Of a stretch of DNA of 64,000 nucleotides, positions 1-9,303 are shown piece by piece. Numbering within the stretch: position 1 is the stretch's first letter; each line of letters starts with the position of its first letter. A program made the translations under genes and the position numbers. Where the stretch lies: the NCBI GenBank assembly GCA_964406075.1, contig CAYOQI010000004.1:57718-121717 (forward strand). The letters run 5' to 3'. Source of the stretch: an uncultured Pseudomonadales bacterium (lineage in GTDB: Bacteria > Patescibacteriota > Microgenomatia > UBA1400 > PJMF01). The notes below the pieces were generated by a model, which did not search any database, was not told the DNA's origin, and was given only the letters and a program-made list of their open reading frames with translations.

Positions 1-282
1 CAAAGGAATGAAAAGAAGCATACGACAGCAGAAACTACGGAATTCGATTATTAAAACGAAGAGATTTAACTCTCTGAAACTTTAATAAAAGAATGCTCGT
101 TAACAAGGTAGTTACAGAAAATTTTAGTCAAAGTTTTTGGCTAAGGATATTGTCATGTCAGCCAAAGAGGGTTCGTTCTCTAATCAACGTTCCTTCCTTG
201 GCTGGCATTACACCCGCGCAAGCGGTGCCTGGCCGAAAACCTAATCTAATCAATCGTTCACTTAAGGAGTTTGTAGAAACAA

Positions 283-1352
283 TGAAGCGTAATTTTGTCA
301 TTCTGTCTGTTATCGTCCTGGCCCTCGTGGCCAGCTTGTCGCCAGTTATGGCACAAGAAGCAACCGAGGAACCCGTTTTTACATGCATCATTTCGGTTAT
401 CGACAACGTTGTTACGCGTGGAGCATGTCCCGAAGCCGCTCTGGCCGCTACTGGTCAAGGTGGTGGATTGACACCTCTCGCAGTTCCGTTCGATTTCATG
501 TCGGAAGCCTACGCCGCCGAAGCATTTGATTTTGGTAACGGTTTCCATCGCGTGAACGCCGCCTTCAATGGCGAATACACCTCATGGTGGCATCAAGAAA
601 GCCTTACGACTAACCGAGCTGTGAAGCCCGGCGAAATCGTCGCAGAAGATGCATTACTTTGGGTGTTTGAACCTGACGACGACGATCTGACCGTTCAATT
701 TACCGTTCAACTGAGTGTCGAGGATATTTTGGATTGGCAGTCGAAAGACTTCCCCTTCCAGCCCTACGACGCGCAGCGTGGTATGTGGATTGATCGCCCG
801 GCTGATGGCGAAAATGTGGCGCTTTTCCTGCTCGGTGATGCCACTTCCTTGAGCATCAATGGATCAATTCCATTTGATGTCTCAATCGATGGTTGCACAG
901 ACTGCGACAAGCCAACATTTGTGGTTAATCCTAGCACGGTAAATATCCCGGCTGAGTGGTTCGCCACTGAAAGTACACGCAAGGTCGATCATGACGCTGC
1001 CATCACTATCCCGATGGTGAATAATGCTGCCGCAGTTCGCGCCGGTACAGAACAACTCGTTCCAGTGACGATCCAGTTTACTGTCTTGAAGGACACGCGC
1101 TTTACCGTACACGCTGGTGCATGGACAGAAGTCGAAAACGCCGAGGCACTGATCGTTGGTGACTGCACGCTGACAGCAGTACAAAACGTGAACGTGCGCA
1201 CCGAAGCGAATTTGACCGCTGCAATTGAAACCGTGCTGGTCGCCGGCGCGAGTTTGCCCGTTGAAAGCCAAGAGAACGACTTTTATGTTGTTCCCGGTGG
1301 CTACGTTTCGAAAAATGCCAACGTCACTCTCTCTGAGGGTTGCGCTGGCTGA
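283..1352 (+). CDS. Secreted protein of unknown function. The start is called at the internal Met that opens a signal peptide, not at the ORF-track start at 93.
   Basis: From 283 the sequence reads MKRNFVILSVIVLALVASLSPVMAQE, a classic signal peptide. AAGGAG lies upstream at 264-269. The region is visibly GC-richer than the rest of the window. No recognisable catalytic motif. Confidence 0.5.
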
Positions 1353-1466
1353 ATCAATTTTCCTGTAACACCTTGGAATCCCCCGGTCACAAAACTGGGG
1401 GGCTTCACAAAGTTTATGACCTTGAGTCGTGAATTTTGAAAAGCTAAAAAATTATTAAGGAACTCT

Positions 1467-1697
1467 ATGCAAAACACATTGTCTGCTATTGCACAAATGC
1501 TTATCGCCCTGGCTATCATTGCCGTGGCTGTGGTCATGTATTTATACATGCCAAAAGTCTCACAATACCTCGAGCAGACTGCTCGACATGATTGTGCGCA
1601 AGACTACCGTCTTGCCTTCACTGACAACAACACCACAGTTTCTCGACCTGTCGATGAACTGTACGCCAAGTGTTTAAGTGAAAAAGGTATTAAATAA
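1467..1697 (+). CDS. Small single-TM membrane protein (76 aa), unknown function.
   Basis: AAGGA precedes the ATG. There is a hydrophobic N-terminal helix (IAQMLIALAIIAVAVVMYLY). A strong terminator follows directly downstream. Confidence 0.4.
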   Translation: MQNTLSAIAQMLIALAIIAVAVVMYLYMPKVSQYLEQTARHDCAQDYRLAFTDNNTTVSRPVDELYAKCLSEKGIK

Positions 1698-1723
1698 TCA
1701 ATACTCTTCAAAAATTATTAAAA

Positions 1724-1753
1724 CAGGTGAGCCACAAACTCACCTGTTTTTTT
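1724..1753 (+). terminator. Rho-independent terminator.
   Basis: The sequence caggtgag-ccacaaa-ctcacctg forms an 8-bp GC-containing stem, followed by TTTTTTT. An A-run precedes the stem, so it may act in both directions. Confidence 0.6.
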
Positions 1754-1811
1754 ATGCTCCTGATGGATTTGTTCATACCACTCTTCCCTCAAGTTCGATA
1801 TAGTAGAAGTA

Positions 1812-2657
1812 ATGGGGAAAATTCTTCTCTTTGGAGCTAAAGATCTCATCATTTTGGCCGTCTTTTCAGTCGCCTGTCTTGCTGTATTTGCAGGGGTAGT
1901 TCTCCCTTTTCAGTTCCCTATTATTCCCTTCGGCCAGTATCAAGTCGGTATTTTCCCAATGGGGTTTGCTTTATACCAACACAATACCAATGGTCCGTAT
2001 TATGGCGTTTCTCCATTTAATGACTTTTATGTCACTTCTTCTGGTTTTCGAGCACCTTTACTCGAGTCGAAAGAATACCAAGACAATAGTTTTAAAACGA
2101 ATATAAATCAGCCTGCCTGGAGACAGATCGGGTTAGTCTGGTCCAATATCTTTCTGAACGCTCAACCGAGTTACATGATTGAAAATGCACGCCACAAGAC
2201 ACTCTATACTGCCAAAATCGCTGAAAATAACCTGCTCTTGCAGAGAAGTACCCAACTCAAAGATAATCAAGTTATTACAGCAGGCGGCATAACCCTTCAG
2301 TATTTTGAAAATGATCTGGTATTAGAACCTCAATCTCGTTATTACTACAATCAAATCTCACCAAAAGATCTTGAGGTGGTCGAAAAAGAAATGTATTTCA
2401 CTCCTCAATACAGAGAAATCCCTGAAGAACTTCCTGATCAGGATAACTTCTCGTGGATTGTGGAGTCGGGAAAGATCGTAGTCGTGAATCCTAATAAACC
2501 AGGAGGATTTATGATTGAAAGCCTTCCAGGTCAAAGTATCTTAGTGCATCCTGTGGCACGCCTTATTGAAGTCGTAGAACAGAACCCTGAGAAATCCTCA
2601 ACTCAGTCTATAGAAATCCGAGTAAAAAACTTTACTGATTTAGGAGATAGTATCTGA
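1812..2657 (+). CDS. Membrane-anchored hypothetical protein (281 aa).
   Basis: N-terminal hydrophobic helix (LIILAVFSVACLAVFAGVVL). The stop overlaps the next start (TGATG), which suggests translational coupling to the downstream membrane protein. Confidence 0.5.
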   Translation: MGKILLFGAKDLIILAVFSVACLAVFAGVVLPFQFPIIPFGQYQVGIFPMGFALYQHNTNGPYYGVSPFNDFYVTSSGFRAPLLESKEYQDNSFKTNINQPAWRQIGLVWSNIFLNAQPSYMIENARHKTLYTAKIAENNLLLQRSTQLKDNQVITAGGITLQYFENDLVLEPQSRYYYNQISPKDLEVVEKEMYFTPQYREIPEELPDQDNFSWIVESGKIVVVNPNKPGGFMIESLPGQSILVHPVARLIEVVEQNPEKSSTQSIEIRVKNFTDLGDSI

Positions 2658-4615
2658 TGATTCAAGCTTTATTTTCTAGCCTTTTTTTCTATCTCCTACC
2701 ACTAGGAACAGGGTTATTTTGTTTTTCGCTGGTTCAGCTCATTCGAGAAACTCGGAATAAAAACCAGCCACTGTATGCCAGATTTGAACATGTTGTGGAA
2801 GAGAAAATTGATCTAGTACTCCACCCACATACTTTTTCCCTAGCCTCACTGTTTTTTTACATAACTTCAGCCTTCACAACTGGAATTGTTGTACTATTTC
2901 TTCTTGCTGTCGGACTCCAATATGGAGTTGTTCAACTGTTGTCATTGCCAACATTTAGCTTTCCTCAACTCTTTTTCCCTCTAGTGTACCTATTAGCACT
3001 TAGTGGTGTTGTTCTTTCTCTGATTACTCAGAAACACTATTTTAAAAAGCTATCTAAAGCTCGATTAACGCAATTCTTACCTGTATTTCTCATCATTTTC
3101 TTGGCTATAGTCACATCTCTTCTCTGGAATTACCGCAGTCCATACTCTCTGAATTGGGATCTGTATCAACATCAATTGATGTCGAGAGTAATTATCGAGA
3201 AGCAATTTAGCCTGACTACCTCGAGCTTATCTGATACGTTTGGGTTTGATAGCTATCCTCCGACTTTCCATCTCCTGATGGCGAGTGCTCAGTGGCCTTT
3301 TGAACTGGCTCCTACTTTCATTACCAGTTTTTGGCAAATCACGGCCTTTTTTCATCTGGCATTAATAGGAATTGCATCGTATCTCCTTGCTCGATCCTTA
3401 TATCCCAATCGCTGGGTCGGGATACTTTCCATCCTGACCGGAATGTTGATATTCGATTCAGTCGTTTCTTTTACTAATATCTTTCTTCTTCCTCAAACCT
3501 TAGCTGCCTTAATTTTTACTCTAGCATTTGCCCACATCATTGCTTTTAAACCTCATTGGCTTCAGATTGCAATATATTTGGTAGCTATTTTCATGTTGCA
3601 CTATGTGGTGGGAACTCTGGCTGTCACCATCTTATTAGCCACTGCCGTAGCCTTTCGAGTAGATAGCTTTTGGTCACCGGTTACTTCTCACTTCCCTTTG
3701 CTTCCAGTTTTTTTCTTTCTTTGTCTGGTTGCCTTGATCGGAGCGCCACAATTGAATTTAAGCGGTCTTAATCAGGGTGAAGCGGCTTTATATACTTATT
3801 CCTTATCTCAAAAGTGGGAATTTGCTCTCAGAGTTTACGGCTGGTTACTGATCATTTTTCTGCCGTTATCAGCTGTCACTATCTATGAAGCCAAAAGCAA
3901 GAAATTAGCCTGGAGTTCACTTATTTTCCTCGGCTTATTAACGATAATCTCAACCCAACTTCCATACATGTTGAAGTTTTATGTTATTACCCGATTTTTC
4001 CTTCATTTCTTTTTAGCCTTGGGTATTTGGAGTATTGTGAAAACGCTTGATTTAAGAATTTCTAAAGCTATTGCCATTATTTTAGTGATTCTGACCTGTG
4101 TGGGATTGTTTGGATACAATATTTCCTTCTGGAAACATGGATTAAATTACCAGGATCAACTTACTCATCTGGATCAATCTGATCTGGATACCGCAGAATT
4201 TTTACAAAAAGTCTATGCTGATCAGGAAATACTTATGATTTCTGATCCGGCTACTCAATTTATTTTGGAAGGCTTTAGTGGGGTGAATTCGCCTGGAGGT
4301 TCATTTATGACTCCTGTAAATCGCAATCTGTTATTTCAAGCTTTATCTCAAGAAGACTCAACTCAAATAAAAAGTCGTCTCGACCAAATGACTGATAAAT
4401 TAAGTACTCAATATGACAAAAAACTCTTTGTGGTTAGCGGACGGACCTTCCTCTGGAAAACAAGTGACGAAAAGTTCAGAAACTCTTTTGATTACAACAT
4501 CTGGTCTCCTCGAGACTTATCATGGCGTGATAAAGAATTTATTGAAAAATTAGACCAGTCAGCTGACTTTTCCATTGTTTTCTCTTCTCCTGTTTATACA
4601 GTCCTAGAGTTTTAA
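2657..4615 (+). CDS. Polytopic membrane protein (~12+ TM helices plus a C-terminal soluble domain); possible GT-C-fold glycosyltransferase (ArnT/PMT/YfhO-like).
   Basis: 652 aa, with many hydrophobic segments over the first ~480 aa and then a hydrophilic ~170-aa tail. Sits immediately upstream of a DPM1-like GT2. The family assignment is inference only. Confidence 0.5.
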   Translation: MIQALFSSLFFYLLPLGTGLFCFSLVQLIRETRNKNQPLYARFEHVVEEKIDLVLHPHTFSLASLFFYITSAFTTGIVVLFLLAVGLQYGVVQLLSLPTFSFPQLFFPLVYLLALSGVVLSLITQKHYFKKLSKARLTQFLPVFLIIFLAIVTSLLWNYRSPYSLNWDLYQHQLMSRVIIEKQFSLTTSSLSDTFGFDSYPPTFHLLMASAQWPFELAPTFITSFWQITAFFHLALIGIASYLLARSLYPNRWVGILSILTGMLIFDSVVSFTNIFLLPQTLAALIFTLAFAHIIAFKPHWLQIAIYLVAIFMLHYVVGTLAVTILLATAVAFRVDSFWSPVTSHFPLLPVFFFLCLVALIGAPQLNLSGLNQGEAALYTYSLSQKWEFALRVYGWLLIIFLPLSAVTIYEAKSKKLAWSSLIFLGLLTIISTQLPYMLKFYVITRFFLHFFLALGIWSIVKTLDLRISKAIAIILVILTCVGLFGYNISFWKHGLNYQDQLTHLDQSDLDTAEFLQKVYADQEILMISDPATQFILEGFSGVNSPGGSFMTPVNRNLLFQALSQEDSTQIKSRLDQMTDKLSTQYDKKLFVVSGRTFLWKTSDEKFRNSFDYNIWSPRDLSWRDKEFIEKLDQSADFSIVFSSPVYTVLEF

Positions 4616-4736
4616 GACTCATCCGTTTAATTATTTCCATTGAACTAGCCCAGTTAACTCATTGCCAAAATCAGTTTTATTGGTTATATTCTCACCCTTG
4701 TCCTTACAATCTTTCTCTGGATCTCTTGCACTATAA

Positions 4737-4765
4737 TTGACATTTTCATTATTATAGGATATAAT
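4737..4765 (+). promoter_or_regulatory. Consensus sigma70-type promoter: TTGACA, 17-nt spacer, TATAAT.
   Basis: TTGACA is at 4737-4742 and TATAAT at 4760-4765, with an exact 17-nt spacer. The ATG of the GT2 gene at 4772 lies ~7 nt after the -10 box, which implies a leaderless or near-leaderless mRNA. Confidence 0.5.
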
Positions 4766-4771
4766 CTCCGC

Positions 4772-5560
4772 ATGATTTTAAACAAATCTATTACACTCAT
4801 CATTCCCTGTAAGAACGAGCAAGGCTCGATCCCTAAGCTTTTGCGACGTGTTCCTACATACGTTGACGAAGTGATCGTCGTCGATAACAACTCTTCAGAT
4901 AATACTTCTGAGGTTGCTCGAAAACTTGGTGCTATCGTCGTTTCTGAAAAAAGAAAAGATAAATTTGGCATTGGGTATGGATATGCTCACCAAAAAGGTA
5001 TGCGATTTGCTACCAGTGACTATATCGTTACGATGGATGGTGACCGCACTTACCCTCTCAATGAGATCAAGAACTTGGTGAAACACATGGAGAAAAACCA
5101 ACTCGACTTTGTGTCATGTACTCGATTTCCTTTAATGCGATCTCAAGCTATTACTAAAATGAGACAATTTGGTGTTTGGATTTTGAACACTGAAGTAAAA
5201 ATGTTGTATCAATATCCTATGCAAGACATATTGAGTGGTATGTGGGCTATGAATAGAAAAACCGCACGCAAACTCAAACTTATTGAAGGTGGATGGGACT
5301 TATCTCCAGAGATTAAGCTTGAAGCTTTACAAACGAAAGATTTGAAGTTTGCTGAGTATCATATTGACCATGCTCACCGAGATAATGGTGCCAGTAAGCA
5401 ACAACTCTGGACTACGGGTTTTAATCATTTAAAGTATATTGCTGTTCGTAGATTTACTCGAGATAATCCAGCTTTCCATTTTTATAAAAAGCAAGTCAAA
5501 AGCTTTCGAAAAGGCTGGGAAATGGTTCTCGAAACCTTTGCACCAAACTTAGCTGAGTAA
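4772..5560 (+). CDS. Family 2 glycosyltransferase, polyprenyl-phosphate sugar synthase type (DPM1/ArnC-like).
   Basis: N-terminal IIPCKNEQGSIPKLL...VIVVDNNSSDNT followed by a TMDGDRTYP DxD-type motif, the typical GT2 GT-A fold signature. Confidence 0.8.
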   Translation: MILNKSITLIIPCKNEQGSIPKLLRRVPTYVDEVIVVDNNSSDNTSEVARKLGAIVVSEKRKDKFGIGYGYAHQKGMRFATSDYIVTMDGDRTYPLNEIKNLVKHMEKNQLDFVSCTRFPLMRSQAITKMRQFGVWILNTEVKMLYQYPMQDILSGMWAMNRKTARKLKLIEGGWDLSPEIKLEALQTKDLKFAEYHIDHAHRDNGASKQQLWTTGFNHLKYIAVRRFTRDNPAFHFYKKQVKSFRKGWEMVLETFAPNLAE

Positions 5561-5587
5561 TTGAGATAAACACGCTAGAATAAACTC

Positions 5588-6715
5588 ATGCGTATTCTTG
5601 TCACAACTCCCTATTTTCACCCTCATCCTGGCGGAAGCCAACGATATATTGAGGAACTGTATCAGGAGTTGCTCAAAATTTCCCCTGAATCATCAGTCGA
5701 TGTGCTTACTTACAATACAGAACATGTCAAATTTCATGAAAGTTATCATGGAATTGATGTGTATCGTGTTCCCTGCTGGGAAGTTCTTCGAGGTCAATTT
5801 ACCATTCCTCATCCTCTCGCCTTGATTAAAACGCTTCGTTTCTTGAAAAAGAAACGTAATGGGTATGATGTTCTCAACGCCCATACTCGTTTTTTTGATA
5901 CGGCCTGGTGGGGTCCTTTAGCTTCTAAATATCTGAGTGCAAAATCAGTTTTAACTGATCATTGCGCTGCTCATCCAGTTCATCCTTCTTTTATCGTTTC
6001 TTCATTGACTGCTTTACTGGATAAAATTGTTATTCCAGTATTAACTCGAACCTTTGATGCCGTCACTGTCGTAAGTGATGCCACTGGAAAATTTCTCGAG
6101 TCTCAAGGTGGGAAATCGAATTACACGGTCATTTATGGTGGTATTTGGTTAAGAGATAAAAAGCTGACAAAAAAGACTAATAACCAGCTTGTGATTGGTT
6201 TTTTAGGTCGAATGATACCAAGCAAAGGCGCTCAAAGATTACTTACCCTTGCTCAAAAAATGAATACTCAGGAGAAAGATATAATTTTCAAATTTGCGGG
6301 TGATGGACCAATCTTGGAGGAATTAAAACACTCACAATCAAAGAATACACAATTTTTAGGTAAACTCAATCGGCCTCAAGTAAATGACTTTCTCGATCAA
6401 GTAGATATTCTTGTTCACCCATCCACTCATCATGAAGGTTTCCCAAGCGTCTTACTCGAAGCAGGAGCTCATGGTTGTGCTGTCGTAGCTACCCCACAAG
6501 GTGGTACGACTGAGTTGATTATCGATCACGAGACAGGGTTGATTTGTTCTGCAGACGAAAATGACATTCAATCTAAAGTCATTGAATTAATTGAGAACAA
6601 AGGATTAAGAGAAACACTCGGTAAAAAACTCCAACAAAAAGTAGATAAAGAATTTCAATGGCAGGATATTGCCAAAAAGTACAAAAACTTCCTTGAACTA
6701 GTCATTAATTCTTAA
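5588..6715 (+). CDS. Family 4 (GT-B, retaining) glycosyltransferase.
   Basis: C-terminal EGFPSVLLEAGAHGCAVVAT matches the GT4 E-x7-E donor-binding motif. 375 aa. Confidence 0.8.
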   Translation: MRILVTTPYFHPHPGGSQRYIEELYQELLKISPESSVDVLTYNTEHVKFHESYHGIDVYRVPCWEVLRGQFTIPHPLALIKTLRFLKKKRNGYDVLNAHTRFFDTAWWGPLASKYLSAKSVLTDHCAAHPVHPSFIVSSLTALLDKIVIPVLTRTFDAVTVVSDATGKFLESQGGKSNYTVIYGGIWLRDKKLTKKTNNQLVIGFLGRMIPSKGAQRLLTLAQKMNTQEKDIIFKFAGDGPILEELKHSQSKNTQFLGKLNRPQVNDFLDQVDILVHPSTHHEGFPSVLLEAGAHGCAVVATPQGGTTELIIDHETGLICSADENDIQSKVIELIENKGLRETLGKKLQQKVDKEFQWQDIAKKYKNFLELVINS

Positions 6716-7961
6716 CTACCAACCTTTTCCACTCTTTCCAAGTCAAAATCATCACCACCACTCGACTGATAATTCGAGCTACAGCGGCTCCCATCAGGCC
6801 AAAAACGGGTATTAGAAGCAAATCAAATAAGATCAGCGTACCACTGAGCAACCACCCAACTCTTGAGAAATACTGCGGATACTCAATGCTGTAAAACAGT
6901 GACGAAAATGGAACAGTCATGAAGAGTAAAAATGAAGAGATGGTTAAAATACGAAACTCAGTCAATGCCATCAAATACTCTGATCCAATTGTGTATTGAA
7001 GCAACCAGGGTGCAGTGATAATGACCGCTAAACAACTTCCCACACTTAACGCTACAATTCCCCAGCTTTTCTTCATAAACGCTTGTCGGTCAGCTTTTAA
7101 TATATATCGACTAGCTCGAATATTGAGCACATTCCCCAAACTAATTGCCAGCACACTAAATAAAAATGCTACTCGAGAAATTCCACCATAAATACCCGTC
7201 AAGTACACACCGAGGAACAGCTGAACAATGAGGACGTCAAGATTATCTGCAATCGCAATCGCAATGACTTGGACGCTATTATGTCGAAGAAACTGAGTCA
7301 AACGACCAGTCAATTCTTTCTCAAAGGTAAAGGTTGGACGTAAATATTTTTTTAACAAAAATAAAAATGGAAGTAATACTAACAACGGTAAAAGGTAGTA
7401 AATGACCGTAATACTAACGGCTGATTTCACTCCGAGAAAGATCAATCCTCCGACGATAAGTAACTTCAAAGCAGATTGCGAAATAAACATCACCATGGCT
7501 GGAATAAACCGATGAAGTGATTGATACAGACTCATACAATGTTCAAACCAGATCCCAATCAAGGCAAAAATCAACGCCGCGGGATAAATCCACCAGGCCG
7601 GAAGTTGGAATGCCCAAGTCACCACCGGAGAAAGCAATAATGCTGGAATCCACAGTAAGAGTAATTTCCACCGAAGACCAGTGATATGTTGCAAAACTTG
7701 TTGCACTTCGTGCTCTGATTTTTCTCTGGCTGTCGGCACAAATTTCTGCATGGCATACAGAAAGCCAGCATCACCAAACTTGATAAATAGCGAAAAAATA
7801 GCAAACACCAGAGAAAAGATTCCGAACTCGACCGGACCTAACATTCGAGAAATCAGGATAATTGTTAAAGCAGAAATACCTGTAGCCACCAGCGTTCCAC
7901 CAAATGTGATTACGCTCTGCTGAAAACCTTGAGAAGAAATGATTTTTTTGAAATCAACCAT
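6705..7961 (-). CDS. Wzx-like oligosaccharide flippase / polysaccharide biosynthesis protein (MOP superfamily).
   Basis: 418 aa with ~12 predicted TM helices and the hydrophobic profile typical of Wzx/RfbX. Convergent with the GT4 gene and overlapping it by 11 nt. Confidence 0.65.
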   Translation of the reverse strand: MVDFKKIISSQGFQQSVITFGGTLVATGISALTIILISRMLGPVEFGIFSLVFAIFSLFIKFGDAGFLYAMQKFVPTAREKSEHEVQQVLQHITGLRWKLLLLWIPALLLSPVVTWAFQLPAWWIYPAALIFALIGIWFEHCMSLYQSLHRFIPAMVMFISQSALKLLIVGGLIFLGVKSAVSITVIYYLLPLLVLLPFLFLLKKYLRPTFTFEKELTGRLTQFLRHNSVQVIAIAIADNLDVLIVQLFLGVYLTGIYGGISRVAFLFSVLAISLGNVLNIRASRYILKADRQAFMKKSWGIVALSVGSCLAVIITAPWLLQYTIGSEYLMALTEFRILTISSFLLFMTVPFSSLFYSIEYPQYFSRVGWLLSGTLILFDLLLIPVFGLMGAAVARIISRVVVMILTWKEWKRLVVKN

Positions 7962-8040
7962 GACTGGAAGTATAAGAGGTACAAGGCACCAGATTCAAGC
8001 AGTAAGGAAAATATGATCATCATCTGGACCTATCTGCACG

Positions 8041-8766
8041 TTAATACTCAACCCGTCGAGCATACCGGAAGTAACGAACCGGAGAGTTCAAGAATTTACA
8101 GGTGTACAAAATAATATCGGCATCATAATCAGTGATTTCTTCACCTTCTTCACCAGCATAAATCTCATACTCATATCGACGTTTATCCCAGATCACTTCA
8201 AACGTATCCCCAACTTCTAATTTATTGAGGTTAAAAAAGGAATTTTGTCGACGATAGGCGTCTGTCCACTTGAGATATCCAAAGCGGTGAGCCAATAAAA
8301 TCATCGGACCAAGACTCTCTGGAGTAGCAAACTCTGTTTCTCGCCATACACCATGGCGCAAAGAATCTTCTGGCTCCACCGATTCTCCAATTTCAGTACG
8401 AACTCCAATCTTAGGAATGACTAACCAATTTCCATCTGGCAAATTTTCATCTCGAGGAGGGAGAACGATTTCAGAGTACAAAGTTCCCTCAGAATACAGT
8501 CCTCCCAGAGGTGATTCAGGTGTCTTGGCTTCAATTTGGACTCGTTCAACGGGTACAAATTTATAAAATGTATCTGGAAATAAGAATGCTGAAGCTACAA
8601 CGATTGACCCAAACAGTCCAATGGAAGAAATCAAGGAAATCAGATGTTTCCCAATTTTTCTTGGCTGTTTCTTAGGAAGAATAGTAGTTTGCACAGCAGA
8701 CCACATGAGCCACTCTTGGACTCTCTGTTCGCGTTGTCTGGCAAAATTGATCGTTGTATATAGCAT
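8041..8766 (-). CDS. Sortase family transpeptidase with an N-terminal membrane anchor.
   Basis: TM helix HLISLISSIGLFGSIVVASAFLF. Then LVIPKIGV, ILLAHRFGY (His motif), LYTCKF (catalytic Cys in a TLxTC-like context) and a downstream Arg. The start is placed at the second in-frame ATG, because a TGGACA-17-TATAAT promoter lies between the two ATGs. Confidence 0.7.
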   Translation of the reverse strand: MLYTTINFARQREQRVQEWLMWSAVQTTILPKKQPRKIGKHLISLISSIGLFGSIVVASAFLFPDTFYKFVPVERVQIEAKTPESPLGGLYSEGTLYSEIVLPPRDENLPDGNWLVIPKIGVRTEIGESVEPEDSLRHGVWRETEFATPESLGPMILLAHRFGYLKWTDAYRRQNSFFNLNKLEVGDTFEVIWDKRRYEYEIYAGEEGEEITDYDADIILYTCKFLNSPVRYFRYARRVEY

Positions 8767-8778
8767 ATTAACTTGATT

Positions 8779-8807
8779 ATTATAGGATACTTTTCCCGTT
8801 TTGTCCA
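8779..8807 (-). promoter_or_regulatory. Candidate promoter for the sortase gene (minus strand): TGGACA, 17-nt spacer, TATAAT.
   Basis: On the minus strand, TGGACA is the complement of 8802-8807 and TATAAT the complement of 8779-8784, with a 17-nt spacer. The ATG at 8766 is 12 nt downstream of the -10 box. Confidence 0.4.
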
Positions 8808-8867
8808 GATACAACACATATAAATAGCCTTGACTTTTTTATAAAGAGCAATGAGAATGATGTCTAT

Positions 8868-9197
8868 ATGACGGAAAAACACCAGCGCTCTGCAGCAACT
8901 ATTGCAATTGAAATAGGTTCAGGCCATCCTGTAACAGAACAAGTAACAAATATTAAGGTTACTTCTGATGACATAACCAGACTTCTGTTGAGAACCTCAT
9001 CAGAAGCAGAACTGCCAAATTTTGACCTTGAAAAAACTGTAACTCAACTTACGGAACTTCAAACTGCACTTCAGCAAGAACAATTCCCAAATGGTCCAGG
9101 AGAAATTGACCCTGAACTCAATACAGCATTGCGTGAACTTTCTTCGTTTTTAAACGGCATCAAACTGATGCAAAAGTTAGCTTCTCGACCAGAATAA
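8868..9197 (+). CDS. Hypothetical protein (109 aa), acidic and helical-looking.
   Basis: Open frame with no recognisable motif. Transcribed divergently from the sortase gene. Confidence 0.35.
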   Translation: MTEKHQRSAATIAIEIGSGHPVTEQVTNIKVTSDDITRLLLRTSSEAELPNFDLEKTVTQLTELQTALQQEQFPNGPGEIDPELNTALRELSSFLNGIKLMQKLASRPE

Positions 9198-9303
9198 AAT
9201 TCTCTACTTCATTGATCATTTTTAAAAAAAACATAGATCTTTAGAATTTTTTTAGTTATTACCCACTAGTTTCGTACACGCTTTCCGCTGTTATACTACA
9301 AGT

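Noticed and set aside
93-282. A 5' extension of the first CDS to the ORF-track start at 93.
   Set aside because: The extension has no signal or TM character. An internal Met at 283 begins a textbook signal peptide, with AAGGAG upstream.
4684-4971. A 95-aa minus-strand ORF overlapping the GT2 start and its promoter.
   Set aside because: It overlaps a well-supported promoter and the 5' end of a conserved GT2 gene, and has no motif support.
8767-8817. The longer sortase ORF starting at the first ATG (8817).
   Set aside because: A good -35/-10 pair (TGGACA-17-TATAAT) lies between the two ATGs and overlaps the first ATG. The second ATG is therefore the likelier start.
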